From positions 248,001 to 312,000 of the forward strand of contig NW_021833026.1 of the NCBI RefSeq assembly GCF_006345805.1: a DNA stretch of 64,000 nucleotides, read 5' to 3'. Shown here in pieces: positions 24,569-38,779 of the stretch. Source of the stretch: Octopus sinensis (lineage: Eukaryota). Made by a program: the position numbers and the translations under genes. Each line of letters begins with the position of its first letter. Position 1 is the stretch's first letter. The notes under the pieces were generated by a model. That model had not been told where the DNA came from, made no database searches, and saw only the letters and a program-made list of their open reading frames with translations.

Positions 24569-24683
24569 TATCTACAAATTTTTAATTAAAACTAATTTTT
24601 TATAATGTTTAAATTTGGATTTTTTATATTAATGAATGACACTATTTGACTGTTAATCAATTTTGATTGTACAATATCGCACA

Positions 24684-25772
24684 TGGTGGTGTAGTGGTTG
24701 GTCTAATAAAATAGCAGAATATCCTCAAAATTGGAACTCATTCTGGCAAATTTCACTGTGATGATGTTTTGTCTTGTGTAATGCTTTTGAAACTAAAGAA
24801 ATTCGAAAATGCACAGATAATAAGGTTTCTCTCCTTAGTACATATATAGGTCACGTGACAATTCAGTACTACAAACATGTGATATTGTCTTGGACGTGGG
24901 TGGTGTGTTTGACCACAGTAAAAAGAAGTATGATCACCACCAAAGAACATTTTCTGAGACAATGAGGAGTATTTCTGGAGGGAAGTACAACTACGACGTC
25001 AAACTCTCCAGTTCTGGTCTCATCTACTTTTTCTACGGACATGAAATGATTCGAGGACATCTCCCGTCAGTATCCGACGACCAATTGGAGTTGATCTACC
25101 GTCTGTTTTACCGAGATTTTATAATGCCTGTGGACGGGATAGACAACGGGGTCCTCCCTTGTGATTGTGGGACTCAAAAGTACTCGATTCACACAGACCT
25201 GTCCTCACGGGTGGCTCACTGTAACAGTCCCTGGTATTTTCCAGCAAATGATGCACAACAAGTTATTCCTTGACTGATGTTGTCAGATGGACTTGTTTTT
25301 TAAGGCTATGGAGGTTGTTCGAGGGGACTTGGATTCGACACTCCAATACTACTCCGACAGCATTTTGCGGGAGTACGATATTGTTTCTGCTGCTTTTTGT
25401 GGCCGATATTCTGTGGATGAGAGTGGGAGACTGCTCTATATTGAGGAGGGTTGTCCATTTGAAAATGTGCTGTCCGAGGTGGATTTATTGAAGGAGATTG
25501 TATTTGTGTTATGTCGCAGTTCACATGACAATTCTTACAGAGCTCAGGCTGTTTCGGACGGGTCTCGTTTTAATTTGAGGTTTGGTTAGTTTTGGAATTT
25601 CAGGTGTCGGTTCATGTCTGAGTTGCGAGGATTAACGGATGAGGAATTGGTGGCTAAGAGTGGCATTGAAGGACTCCGTTTTGTGCATTCGTCGGGGTTT
25701 ATGGCATGTGGGAGTACATTCGATGCTGTGCTGCAACTAGCCAGGCTTACTCTTAAGACCTATAAGGCATAA
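24684..25772 (+). CDS. MYG1: MYG1 exonuclease
   Basis: IGTHSGKFHCDD, DIVLDVGGVFD...YDHHQ, KLSSSGLIY, VDGIDNG, FVHSSGF; micro-introns. Confidence 0.93.
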
Positions 25773-26122
25773 TTAAGCTGTCTCTTGATTTGTTGTCTGT
25801 TCAACCGATTTCAATGGGCTGATTTTTATTCTCGAGCTTGTTTTTCTTTTCGAACTTTTATTATTCTTATTGTAGAGAAAAAATTAAACATGAATTTATT
25901 AAATTAATTGGAAGATAACCTTAATAGTAATTCAGATTCTCTCACAATTGTGGGCGAGAATAAAAAACTTTGAAAAAAATCATTTTGTGAATTCTAAGCA
26001 AGCATAAAAGATGCTTAAAAATTAAAATCATTTTTTTATCAAAATAAAAATTTAGATATACATTCACGTCATAGGCCGTATTCCAGAATCAAAAAAATAA
26101 CCATTAATATTTTTTAGTTAAC

Positions 26123-26680
26123 ATGGTCTCCAAAGCTCTTGAGCTTCTCGTAAATATCAAATTCAAACCTTCAGACATGCGACGGGTTAATTTACCTATT
26201 CGTTACGGGGGCATCGGCATTCGTTCTTGTGTTGATTTATCCCTCCCATGTTACCTTTCCTCGTTGTCTGCCTCTGCTAGTTCCTTCAACTCTGTTCTCT
26301 TCCCCTCCCCTGAACAGCCCGAGTTGTTGGAATATACGGCGGGTGTCAACATGTGGATTTCTCGTGGGCTTAAAATCCCGGACGTCCCTTCAGTTCAAAA
26401 GAACTGGGATGATATACATTGTTCCCATGTACTCGAAGATATCCGCCTACGTGCTGACCAATTTCAGTTGGCAAGCATTAATTGTGCCTGTCAACCCCAC
26501 TCGGCCGATTGGCTTGACGCTTTGCCGATTTCCTCTGCTGGAATGTTCCTGGACGACGAAAACTGGAGATAGACTTAGCACCCTTCCGCTATAGGTTCGA
26601 GATCTTTTACAGATTTGTTGAGGCCAGATATGATCACCTGGCACCAGAAGCATAACCATTAGAGGACTCGACATATTATT
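26123..26680 (+). pseudogene. CRE-like non-LTR retrotransposon fragment
   Basis: LPIRYGGIGIRS...YLSS...QKNWD...ADWLDALP...LDD parallels the element at 54177-57010. Confidence 0.8.
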
Positions 26681-26699
26681 TGTATATAGTGTTAAACCA

Positions 26700-27900
26700 G
26701 GGTTTTTGTATTCCCGTGCATGAACCCGTGCAAGAAAGGTCTTTAAAAAGTTTAATCTGTTCGATAGTTTATTTGTAAGAATGTAATATGCTTAGAGAAT
26801 GAGAATTGGGTGTCCAAGGTCATATCAATTATTTCCTGAGCTTTATCTGCAGAAATCTTTTTCTATTCAAAACAACATTTATTTCGGAGTTGGATATTTT
26901 TCTATTAGTCGTGAATAGAATGGTCATGCATTTTTCGGAGCTTAGGTTCAGCTGGTTTGTGTATGTTTTTAATATTTTTCTCAAGTTTTTGGATTTCTGT
27001 GAGTAGATTTTAGTCCCGTGATCCTATGATGATGTCATTAGCATAGGAGAGTAAGATATAGTTCTGAAGAGTATGGATTGGAATGTCGCTTATATAAAGG
27101 TTGAAAAGAATTGGAGACAGTGGTGATCCTTGAGACTGTTTGGTAACAGATTAGAAACATAGTTTATTCGGCCACGATTCACAAAGTCTCGACGTCCACT
27201 CAAAAAGTTTGCTAGCTATAGTTAAAGGTTTGGTTGAATATTTGAGGTAAAAATTTTGCGGATAAAATGTTTTCTGGGACTGAATCGAACGCCTTTTGTA
27301 TGTCTACTGAGCAGAGTTGTTTTTTGGATAGGCTTGGTTTTAAAGCTTAAGATTTTTACAGATAAAATTGGAGAGTTTTTTCAGATATGAGAATGTAGAT
27401 AGTTCTTTCTTAAAACCATGTTGGAACTGTACGAGTAGGAGAGATAATTGGATCAGTTTTAATATTAGTTCCTCCAAAATTATATATCATTTTCAGTTCA
27501 ATTTTGACAATTTCTATATCAATTTTGACAACGAAATAAGCAATATTGACATTTTTTTAATCAATTTTGACAAGTATTTTTATAGCGAACACGTACAAGG
27601 ACTTTTTCTAGTCGGCTAACTCAAGATGAGAGTTAATAAAAACAATTTTATTAATCAAATTAATATCAATCGTACAATTTGCAATGTACAATTTGCAATG
27701 ATTTTTTCTGCATTTCTGTAAAAATTCCGTATTTTCTCCCGAGTTTGATTTGTCATAGAATATTCTTACGCATTTTATAGATGGGAGATGGGTCTATGTG
27801 AGGCTTTAGGCTTCCAGGCCTTCAGAATTGGGTGACATTTTCCATGTGGTTAGGATTGTATTGTAGTTGATAAAATAGTTGTATATTTTTGTTAGCGTTA
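26700..27900 (-). pseudogene. Degenerate LINE (Jockey/I-like) reverse transcriptase
   Basis: Manual translation: HPILKAWK...HRPISHL; VDIQKAFDSVP; QGSPLSPILFNLYISD; YANDI. Confidence 0.75.
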
Positions 27901-28032
27901 TAATGGCCACAGGTCAAAGATGTTTCATTATAATGTGGGGATTTTGTCAGGTTAAATATTTAATATAATGTATAATATTTATTATCATCAAAAATAAGTG
28001 AAAGATATTATATCACAAAAGTAATCGTTGTG

Positions 28033-29362
28033 ATGGGGATAGCTGATAAAAAAGAGAATGTGGCGGACCTCTTTGACTATGAAGGGCGAATGATTGGCCG
28101 TGGGACTTACGGAAACGTCTATAAGGCCAGATGCAAGTACACAACCATTGACAACCCACAGAAAGACTAAAATCGACTATGCCCTCAAACAAATCGACGG
28201 GAATTGTCTGTCCATATCGGCCTGTAGAGAAATCTCTGTAAACTGTTGTGTCGATCCCCCAGTTGCTGAGAGAAATCGACCACAGAAACGTCGTCAAGTT
28301 GCGGAAAGTGTTTCTGTCGAATATGGACAGGAAAATATACCTCCTGATGGACTATTCTGAGTACGACCTCTGGGTTGTGTCCCCTCGTCCATTCTCAGCA
28401 CATCATCGGGTACCACCGCTCCAGGAAGGTCAACAAGAGAGCTCTCCCCCTTCATTTAACCATGCTCAAGTCCATGATGGCACAAATGTTGAAGGGAATC
28501 AAATATTTACACGAAAACTGGATAATGCACAGAGATTTAGTTGTATTTGCTTTGCATTTCAGAAACCTGCAAATATTTTGGTGATGGGGGAAGGACCTGA
28601 GAAGGGCACTGTCAAAATCGCTGACTTTGGTTTTGCCAGGCTCTTTGACTCTCCTATGAAGCCTTTGGCGGATGTGGACCCCGTGGTGGTGACCTATTGG
28701 TACCGAGCCCCCGAATTGTTGTTGGGAGCCCGACACTACACCAAGGCAATAGGTTGGTTGTCCTGTCCGATCAAGACATTTGGGCCATCGGCTGCATATT
28801 TGCTGAGTTGCTTACGTTTGATCCACTCTTCTTCTGCCAACAGGAGAATATCAAATCCAGCAATCCCTACCAGTTTGAACAGCTTAATAAAATATTTCTC
28901 TTGATGGGATATCCTGAGGGTATTCGGCAGTGGTCATTTTCAGAAAGAGACTGGCCTTTGGTTGTAAACATGCCTGAGTACCCCACTCTTCTCCGAGACT
29001 TCAAACGGTCTAGATTTGGGGGGTTTTCCCTTAATTCATATTTCAAGTCGTTTGAACATGTGTATTTAAGCAATCGGATGTTCAATTTGGTAGGAATGGA
29101 GTGAAGTATTAGATTGTGTCTATGCTCAAGATGGACCCCCTTCAGAGGGTGTCAGCTGAGGAGGCACTGACTGACCAGTGGTTTATGGAAGACCCTCGTC
29201 CGCTACAGAAGTATAGGGGTGTTATATTCCAGCATATTCGAGATGGTCGATGTGACATATCCAAAAAGAGACTATCTCGAAAGTGCTAGGAATACGGAGA
29301 AAGTGCAGGAAAGTGCTGCCAAGAGAGTGGCCAACCAGGTTGGACAGCTACGATATTTGTAG
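28033..29362 (+). CDS. CDK8: Cyclin-dependent kinase 8/19
   Basis: [73 protein letters not shown]; 23-25 nt introns. Confidence 0.95.
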
Positions 29363-29671
29363 ATACGAGCTAATCAATCTAGAAATTACTCTTTTAATAA
29401 AAAACTATGAATTTTTAATTACATTGTCAGTCAGTTATAGAGTGGCCAACCACTTTTAAGTTGGACAGCTACGATATCCCTGGTCAATAAAATGTCTTTT
29501 TGTCTCTTGCTTCTAATCGTTTGCCTAAACTGGGTTGTGCCTATTTTTTTAGGTCTCCAATGACCTTCCGGATTAGGTTTCAAATTCGTTAATAAGTTTA
29601 CTCGGTGATGTATGAAAAAAAGCCAGTTTGATGGATATAATCGGCATTTATTTAGAATATAACTAACGCAG

Positions 29672-30750
<1,079 letters not shown>

Positions 30751-31020
30751 CAGCTATAGACAGTCAGCCACCACCAGGACTAGTTTACTATTGCCAGTCA
30801 AACCTAGAATTTAATTTACTAAATATTTATCCCTAAAAAGTATAATTAATTCAACAATTTCTGATTACTACACAAACTGGAGACTTGCCTTCTTTTGAAT
30901 GTTTTGTGTCCTCTTTGTTATTTGAGTAATTTTTTCTATGCTAAGTGAAATTATAAATTGATTTTGAAAAGAGTAAGGATAATTAGTAAAATATGTTAAT
31001 GTAATTCAATATGAAATTCA

Positions 31021-34000
31021 TTATAAATCCATAAAATTGATTTCGCTTCTAATTCCGCTCGATTCCGTTACCAGTTTGACCAACTCAAAATAAGAATAAA
31101 TGAAGGCCCGGCTAATCTCCAAGGAATACTTTCCACAAATGTTGAGATCCCTCATATTTGCCATCAGCAGACATCGGGCCATTCTGATCTGCTCCTGTTG
31201 CTTTCTCTCATTTTCCAATCGCTCGTTTTCTTCTCTCTCAATCCTCGACAACTCTTCGGCTGCCAGTCTAAGACTGAATCAATGAAGGAGACCTCTCTTC
31301 CTCCTCCTGTTTTCGGCGTCTTATTTCCTCCTGTTCCTTCTCGAACATGTACCGCAAGTACTCAGATTTCTCCATGCTCTCCAACATTAGCCTTTCTTTT
31401 TCTAGTCTGACATTTTCCTCAATGATTCGAATTCTTTCAAGTTCTAAAACTTTTCAAATCAAGTTCTAGAACCCATTTTTCGCCGTTCTTCTTCCTCTTG
31501 TTGCTCCCTAATCCTATTCATGCGCTCGTTATAGGCATTCCTCTCTCTCTCGAGGAGTTCCTTCGCCTTCCTCTTCTGTCTCTCACTGGCCAATTCGAGT
31601 TCACGCTGCCTTCTCTCTTCTCGCTCTTTTTCCTCTCGTTCCCTCCTATAGAGAGATATCCCACAAAGGAGTACGCAATTTCCTCTTCTTTGAGGCGAAG
31701 TTGCTCGTTCAGTTCGCTTTGAAGCACTTTTTCCATTTCATTTTCGAGTTGCTGCTTTTTTAGCATCTCCAAACGTTGTTCCTGTTTGGCAATGGATTGG
31801 TCTTGCCTCTTTTTCAAAGCCAATTCTCTTTTTTTGGCGTTGATCTCCTTGTTAATCGACTGTCTCCTGAACTCCTGTGGAATTTGCGTTTTGGAAAATA
31901 CCTCTTCCTTTAAAATTTCTAGTTCTGATTTTTGGCGAAGTTTGTTGTAGAAAAGTTTAGTTTCTGGCTGAATGTAAGTCGATTCGACTTGGTACTCGTT
32001 GTCGGAAGTTTCCTCACTCTAAAGGTGCTAAAAACCATCCTGACCTCAATTCGAATGATGGACATTTCAGTTTCGTCCCTGACAAACGATTTGACTGTCA
32101 AGACACTTTCTGTTGTGGGCTGCACAATCTCGGATTTCTGTTCAGTACAAATCGATTGTTCGCGCGATTTAGATTTACTGGTCGCGGATTGGGTCTTGGC
32201 TATTTGTGGTGGTCCCGATTCCTGAGAACTGTATTTCGTACTGTTTTTGTTTTTTTCGGATAATTTATTTGTAGAAACTGACTTGCTTTCAGTCAACTCC
32301 TCCTTTTCGCTGTGCTTCTCTGAACCGGGCTTTTCCCCCTCGACCATGCTTTCTCTCCCTAAGTGAATTCGGCCTCGAATACAAAGGGGTGGTTAGATGC
32401 AGTTTAGGATAATTTTAACCTTTGGTTTTGACGACTTTTATGGCCTTCTTTACGATTTCCTTCGCCATTTTTTTACTTTTTTGAATTTTTCTTGAACCAT
32501 CTTCTCTGCTTTCGACTTGTTCTTTCCGAACCGACTTGGGTTGAGCTGGTTTCTCTACAACACTTTTTACGCTCGATTTATCTTTCCCGCCTTCCTTGGC
32601 TTTTTTCTCTGTCAAGTTTAGATTGAATGTTCAATACTTGCGGGTGTGGAAAATATACTTTTAGGACTTTCTAACGAGTTAATGCTCTTTTGGTCCTTGC
32701 AAGGCTCCAAAACGTTGGTTTCTCCCTCCGAGATGACTGTGTGGGTGTCTTTAAGATGATCTATATGGGACGGGTCTTTAGAACTCTCTTTAGGTTCTTG
32801 GGGAGTTGTTGTCGATTGATGTGTAGATATAACCAGGGGACTGGGGGACTGTTCACTGCTTTCCAGTCTGATTATTTTGGTTGATTTTGAGTGTTCGGAG
32901 GGGGCAAGAGGCTCGCTTGTCTGATTTACACTTTCCTTTATAGAAGATTGGTCTTTTACGGGCTCAGTTGCGGATTCCATCAAAGTTTTTAAACTTTCGG
33001 ATGACGACTTGGGTATAGATTTTGCATTTTCTAAAACTGTGCGATTACTCGATGTGTGGGAGTCCGGAATAATTTTATCACTCGTTTTCTGTGAAATTAG
33101 GACGACAGACTCAAACAGTCGAGTCAGTCTTTTTTGAAATGATTTCACAAAATTCTTCCAAATCTCGAGTCAATGTTTTTGCTTCGGACGATCCTATCAT
33201 TTCAGAACTCTACAGAATAGCTGTTAATTTACTTACAATTGATTTAACTGTTTCTATCATGTCTTGAACCAATGTTTTTGCTTCTGACGACTCCATAAGT
33301 TCGGGACTCTACAGAATAGCTGTTAATTTACTTACAATTGATTTAACTGTTTCTATCATGTCTTGAACCAATGTTTTTGCTTCTGACGACTCCACAAGTT
33401 CGGGACTCTACAAAATGGCCGTTAGTTTACTTACTATTGATTTGACTGTTTTTATCATGTCTTGTATTTCACTCACAATGTCTCCTGTTTGTACCCAAAC
33501 TATACAATACCGGAGCTCTCCCCAGAAATTCCCTTCGATAAAACACTTTTTATTTCCTCCAAAAGAGATTCGGAGATCGGAGACTGCCCTTTTGAAGTTT
33601 GGTCTTTTGATTTGCTTTCCTATACGACTATGTTGGCATTCCTACATTTTGGGGGGTCAAAGATTTCGAGGCTGTCTCTTCTGACTGTTCGAGGTGTTCT
33701 GATGCAAAATCATCGGTAGAAGTCTTGTTTTGAGTAGATATCACATTTGGAGCTGATTCTACAATTGTTATATAAAAACCGAATACCGTGCTGACTAGAA
33801 GTGGCTATGTCCACGAGGGATTTGCTCTTCACCACATCCGACTGACTTGATGTGAATAAAGTGGGCTTTGATGAACTTGTTCGTTGTTTTTTGGAGGATT
33901 TTGCTGAAATTAATTTGTAGTTATGAACAAGATTTAGACGACACAATTTGATCAATAATGCTGTTCCTGATCTGACTCATCGTTTTGGTGATTTCCTGCC

Positions 34001-35265
34001 TCAATGTGGTTAACTAAACGCATACACTCAAATCAGATTCCAGACTCTTTCCCGACTCTGATCTGCTCAAAATAGAACGACCGAGCTGCTCGATGGATTT
34101 GGTAAGATTGGTCATGATTATGTCTCCCTTTTCTTCTGGTGAATAAGATTAGGTCACCTTCGACTGAAAAACTGTCATTTGTGTACATTTCCTCCATATC
34201 TTCTTTACTCTCTGTGTATTCTGATTTGGTCACTGGTTTTTCGACTGTTCGACTAGAGGGTGTCTTGTCTGGGGACTGTTTGGCAGAACTGGAATATTTC
34301 TCAATTGATTCGGCCAATATGGACTTGACCTCCTAATTTGGTTAGTAAGTGTGGATACAAGAGCTTGCTCGATCACGTTCTTGGCAATTTCATCAGTAAG
34401 TCGTTCGTGTCGTTCTGCTTTGTTCATTTCCTCATATTTTTTGCTGGGTTCCACTCGACGTTTCTTCTTCAGTTCTGGAAGAGAAATTGTCGATTGTAAA
34501 TTGAAGAACTTGGTATAAAGTGCACGTTTCCCAGTAACTGCCGTTAATTCCATAAATACATTTTTTGGCCCTCATGGACCTGTCCTCGCTCAGTATGGCC
34601 GTGAGGATGTTCTGTGGACTCGGCTGTCCCGCGTACATGGCCTTCTTAAGACAGTGATACTTCAACATGAAATTGTTGATAACGACCTTTTTTGCCCGCT
34701 CGGCTTCCACTGGAATTTTGTGGCTGAAACTTACTTTTAATGTTTTCTGAGTCGATCTTGGAGCTTTCCGTCCACTTTTCGAGATAGTCTTTGGCCGTGA
34801 ATCGGACTGCTCTCCTCTTGGAATTCTTGAGGTTGATTTTTGAAAATCCCTTAGAGAAATCTGATATTTTGAGGAAGAAGAGATTCTTTTCTTTGTCCAT
34901 CTTTACTTGGGACTCCTCCATTCCGTCAATCACGTTTTCAGAAAAGATGACCAGTGCCCCATATTTGGTCGAGTACGTTTTGGCCGCCTTGAAGTAAACA
35001 AGTTTATTTTTGTATTTCCCGTTTCTGTTGAAAAGTCCAACGCTGTAAATCTCCTTGTCCTTCATTATATTAACACATTTTAGACCCTGTGGCCAAGGAT
35101 GACGTTTATCCGTTCCTGGTCGTCCTGTTTGACTATTTCACCTCGTCCAATGCTCAGATGGGAAAGATTGTAGGCCTTTCTTAAAGTCATACGCAAATTA
35201 ACGCTTAATAAATGAAATAATAAATGAACTGGTTTTGCACTTTTAGCGATGGGGAGGTTAACCAA
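31021..35265 (-). CDS. KIAA2012-like large low-complexity/coiled-coil protein, many micro-introns
   Basis: N-terminal KTYSTKYGALVIFSE and C-terminal ISRAFIYSYF match my recollection of KIAA2012 conserved blocks; S/E/K-rich middle; co-oriented ORFs with short gaps. Confidence 0.65.
33160..33470 (-). repeat. 99-bp tandem triplication (72-nt exon plus 27-nt intron)
   Basis: GT-AG segments at 33210-33236, 33309-33335 and 33408-33434. Confidence 0.9.
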
Positions 35266-36273
35266 CTAGATCCTTTCAATTGACGATAAAAGCGCAATTT
35301 GAGTTGCCATGCGCCGAGTGTATCTTACTTAGAACCACAATTTCGATTTCCACGTTACACCTAACCGGGTCGATTTATTGAGTTTCATTGTTTAATAATC
35401 ATTCAAGATATATAACTACGTGCTCGTATTTATTTGCAGTATTTGGCTATGAGTACTCTTCAGTTGACATGTTATACTACAAACACACTTTTGGAAGGTT
35501 TTTCCAAAAAAATTAGTTTTAAAAACACTTACCAACATAATGGCTTAATTAGTGTTTTCAAAAGTAGATGTGCTGATCCAATACTGGTCTTATTAATTAG
35601 AAAGATTGATTGTCAACTTTCACTTTAGAAAGTAGAGTGGGCTACTTCTGAATTCAAGTCCTTATATATATTGTTCTCACATACACTTTTACTGACGATC
35701 TTTGGAAATTTAAAAACTAAAATTTTCCTTTCTATAAAACAAAAATGACAATTTATTTCAGAATAGATCATCATTGAAATTCACATCTTCCAGTAGTAAA
35801 ACATTACCAAACAAATTATTTTAATGATATACAGGTTAGTCATTCTTTGACTTTTTTATTCCAACTTGAACTGTAACTGATTAGATATAATAGGCTAGTG
35901 ATTAATAGTTAATTAAGGTTGGTTACCTCTGTATCTGGGAATTGCGGAAAAGGCTGTATTTAGATATCCATTTCTTGATTCAAAATTTATGTTGATTAAA
36001 TAGTCCGGCCAGAATTTGCTGATTGAATGATTGTTAGAATAAAAAGACATTTTTATTTATATAACTTACAACTCGCAAGTAGCAAAGAATGGGTTTTGGA
36101 AATTTTGAAAATACCGAACAAGGTAGATCAAAGAATTCTGTAGATCACGATGACGTGATTACCACAATATTAATCAGAATTGATAGATTATAATGTGAAT
36201 AAATTTAAATTTAACCACAAATAGGTGAGCTCTACTCACTCAGAAACAATGATGATAATATTAATTAATCAAA

Positions 36274-37508
36274 TTATAAATTAATGACCGTTTTGAATCC
36301 TATTCCTGCAGACAAGTTATCAAATGCCTTTTGATATTGGTCGATGGAATATCGGTGGGTAATAAGAAACGAAACATCAATCTTTCCCGACTGAATAAGA
36401 TCTATAGCCTTGGGGTAACTGCAGAATAAGTCACAACTTGATACCAATTGTAAGTATTTATGAATCCCTTGACTTCCAAATACTTCCAGACAATGTTTGA
36501 GGTGGAGATGGAATCCCCCCGAGACGATAACCCAACCAAAGTTAGAACACCTCCAGGAATAGTGGCCTGAATTGAAAAATGTAAAGAATACATTGACGAG
36601 GGTTTCAATGCTCGAACTAATGCCACAACAGTCAATCGAGACGTCCGCCATTCCTCCCAACTCCTGGACAACACGGTCACTAATTTGTGTTGGTGATTCG
36701 CCTCGACGAACGACCACTCCACAATCTGCCCCGTGTTTTTTGGCAAACTCGACCTTATCTTCGACAACGTCTAAAGTATGACACATCTGAGGTCCCACCA
36801 GTCACACAAATCTTGGAGGCTCCACAGACTTTGGCCACCATCATAGTCAGTATTCCAACCACGCCTAAAATAAGTTAAGACTGCCACCAATTCCGCCTAT
36901 CAAAACTGTCTGGCCAATGGAAATTCCTGCACGTTTGCAGATCCCGACAGCGATCGAGAGAGGCTGGACAAGTGCCCCCTCTTCAAAGGTCATGGAGTCG
37001 GGGATTTTATAGCAGCACGACGCCTTTTGAATATGCAACTCCGTCAGTGCACCATCCTCGTTAGCGTCTCCCAAATAACTCATATTTTCGCAGATGTTTC
37101 CCCTGCCTTCTCTGCAGAATCGACACTCCTTGCACATCAGCAGTGGCTCGATTGCCACACGGTCTCCTGGTGTGTTGTGGGGATATGACACACCTGGTTT
37201 TACATTGGTGACCTTGGCTCCAACTTCTTGTACGACTCCAGCGGGCTCGTGGCCAAGTCGGAGTGGCCTATGATTGAGGCAATTGTTGAGGCCGCCGGAA
37301 TTAATGCTGACAATGTCGCTGCCACACAGCCCCACCGACCGGATTTGTATTTTGGCATCTTTGAATAAATGTTAGACATTACCGTATTCACCAATGCTGG
37401 GAACTTGTTGAAATTCCTACAATTAATGAGGAATGATATTTTTACCAGTCGTAGGTCGTTGGGTCCGTACAAGACGACACTTTTGGACATTTCGCCGATT
37501 ACGGCCAT
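36274..37508 (-). CDS. Zn-dependent polyol dehydrogenase, sorbitol dehydrogenase-like
   Basis: GLCGSD, GHEPAG, GDRVAIEP, C-x2-C-x2-C-x7-C, GGIGVVG, IDCCG, FLITHRY. Confidence 0.85.
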
Positions 37509-37711
37509 GTCGGCTTAAATACAAAACGTGTGATACCGGGAATGATAGAAAACGATAAGGGATTAATACTCCTAATGCTAATTTATCAAATCCGGATTTA
37601 GATATATCTGGGGAATTGGTATAAAACCACAGAGTAGATATAGATTTATTATTCCTCACGCAAATATTCTACTAATACTTAAAACGAATAATTCGCTAGT
37701 TATCAGTCGCA

Positions 37712-37856
37712 ATGAGGAGGAGTTACTCTGCAGACGACGTTTCCAAATCTGTGGAGACCCAGCCCACCTCCAACGACCGAGATGTCCGCGGTTTGTCATT
37801 TCACCACCAACCTTGCAGATTTACAGACCAATTTCGATAATCTCAACATTAACTAA
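37712..37856 (+). CDS. Candidate 38-aa spliced microprotein
   Basis: ATG at 37712, 28-nt GT-AG intron 37791-37818, TAA at 37854; MRRSYSADDVSKSVETQPTSNDRDVRDLQTNFDNLNIN. Confidence 0.5.
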
Positions 37857-37898
37857 CAACCCTCTAAACTCGCTAATACATTATTCGAATAAATTAGA

Positions 37899-38779
37899 TC
37901 AGTTCTGAATTGACGTGTACAACAATTCGACTGCCTTCCTGTAGTTCTCCAAAGTAAGTGGACTCTCCCCATCGTTGTGGAGAGCAGTGACTGCACCAGA
38001 GTACATCTCCTCTACACTCTGATCCACTTTCTGCTGTAATAACAACGTAAACACCCTGTCCACGACTTGTTTATACTTGCCCATTTGTCGTGCTGACGGA
38101 CTATCCGCCCATTCGAAGGTCTCTCTGTCCTCAAAGGCACACTCACTCTCCCATGTGTCCCTTTTCTGCCATAATGAGAGGACTCTCACCAGGGATTCCA
38201 TGTAAAGCACAACCAGGACATATTTCAGATATTCGTAGTTCTGTTTCCGAGTTGGACACCTTCAAATATTATAAGAATTCGTCACTTGGCTGATTCTAGC
38301 ACAATAACTCCCCTTTTCCTGTCATATCGACTCCCACACAACTTTTTTAGCTTAAAAAAGCCATGTTCATCGAGTTTGAGGGCGGAGACTGACACCTGAA
38401 TGTAATCCCAAGACAAAAACCTCAAATCTGACTTTATTGGACCCATCATGTTTCACTGAGGGCGAATTATAGACCTCATCCTTATAGATTACACTCACTG
38501 GGAATTTGCTGCTACAAATTTTGTGGTTTTTTAGAGAGGGAGGAAAAATGGAACACAATTCTGGGCAAAATTTGACTATTTGACCGACCTTTGAGTTTCT
38601 CGCATTGTTTCTGTATATGTTTGGGTGTCAAATGGAAGAAATTTGGGATTTTTAGCATTTCTGTCGTTTCTCGATACGTGGGCAACGTTCGATCCCCGAG
38701 TTTGCTGGGAGCTCCCATTCTGAGACTTAAAGGAACTGCATCTGAGAATGTCTGGGCTGATGGCCAGTAGTTGGCCCAT
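37899..38779 (-). CDS. MRPS35: Mitochondrial ribosomal protein mS35
   Basis: EMLKIPNFFHLTPKHIQKQCEKL, KLDEHGFFKLKKLCGSRY, CPTRKQNYEYLKYVLVVLYMES. Confidence 0.88.

Noticed and set aside
24678-24705. tRNA-like 5' end GCACATGGTGGTGTAGTGGTT
   Set aside because: No B box or cloverleaf; explained by the MYG1 start and first intron.
35400-36050. Possible minus-strand multi-exon gene
   Set aside because: No splice combination gave a convincing frame or recognisable motif.
38512-38779. Oligopeptidase (M3 family) N-terminus
   Set aside because: No HEXXH; spliced product matches MRPS35.
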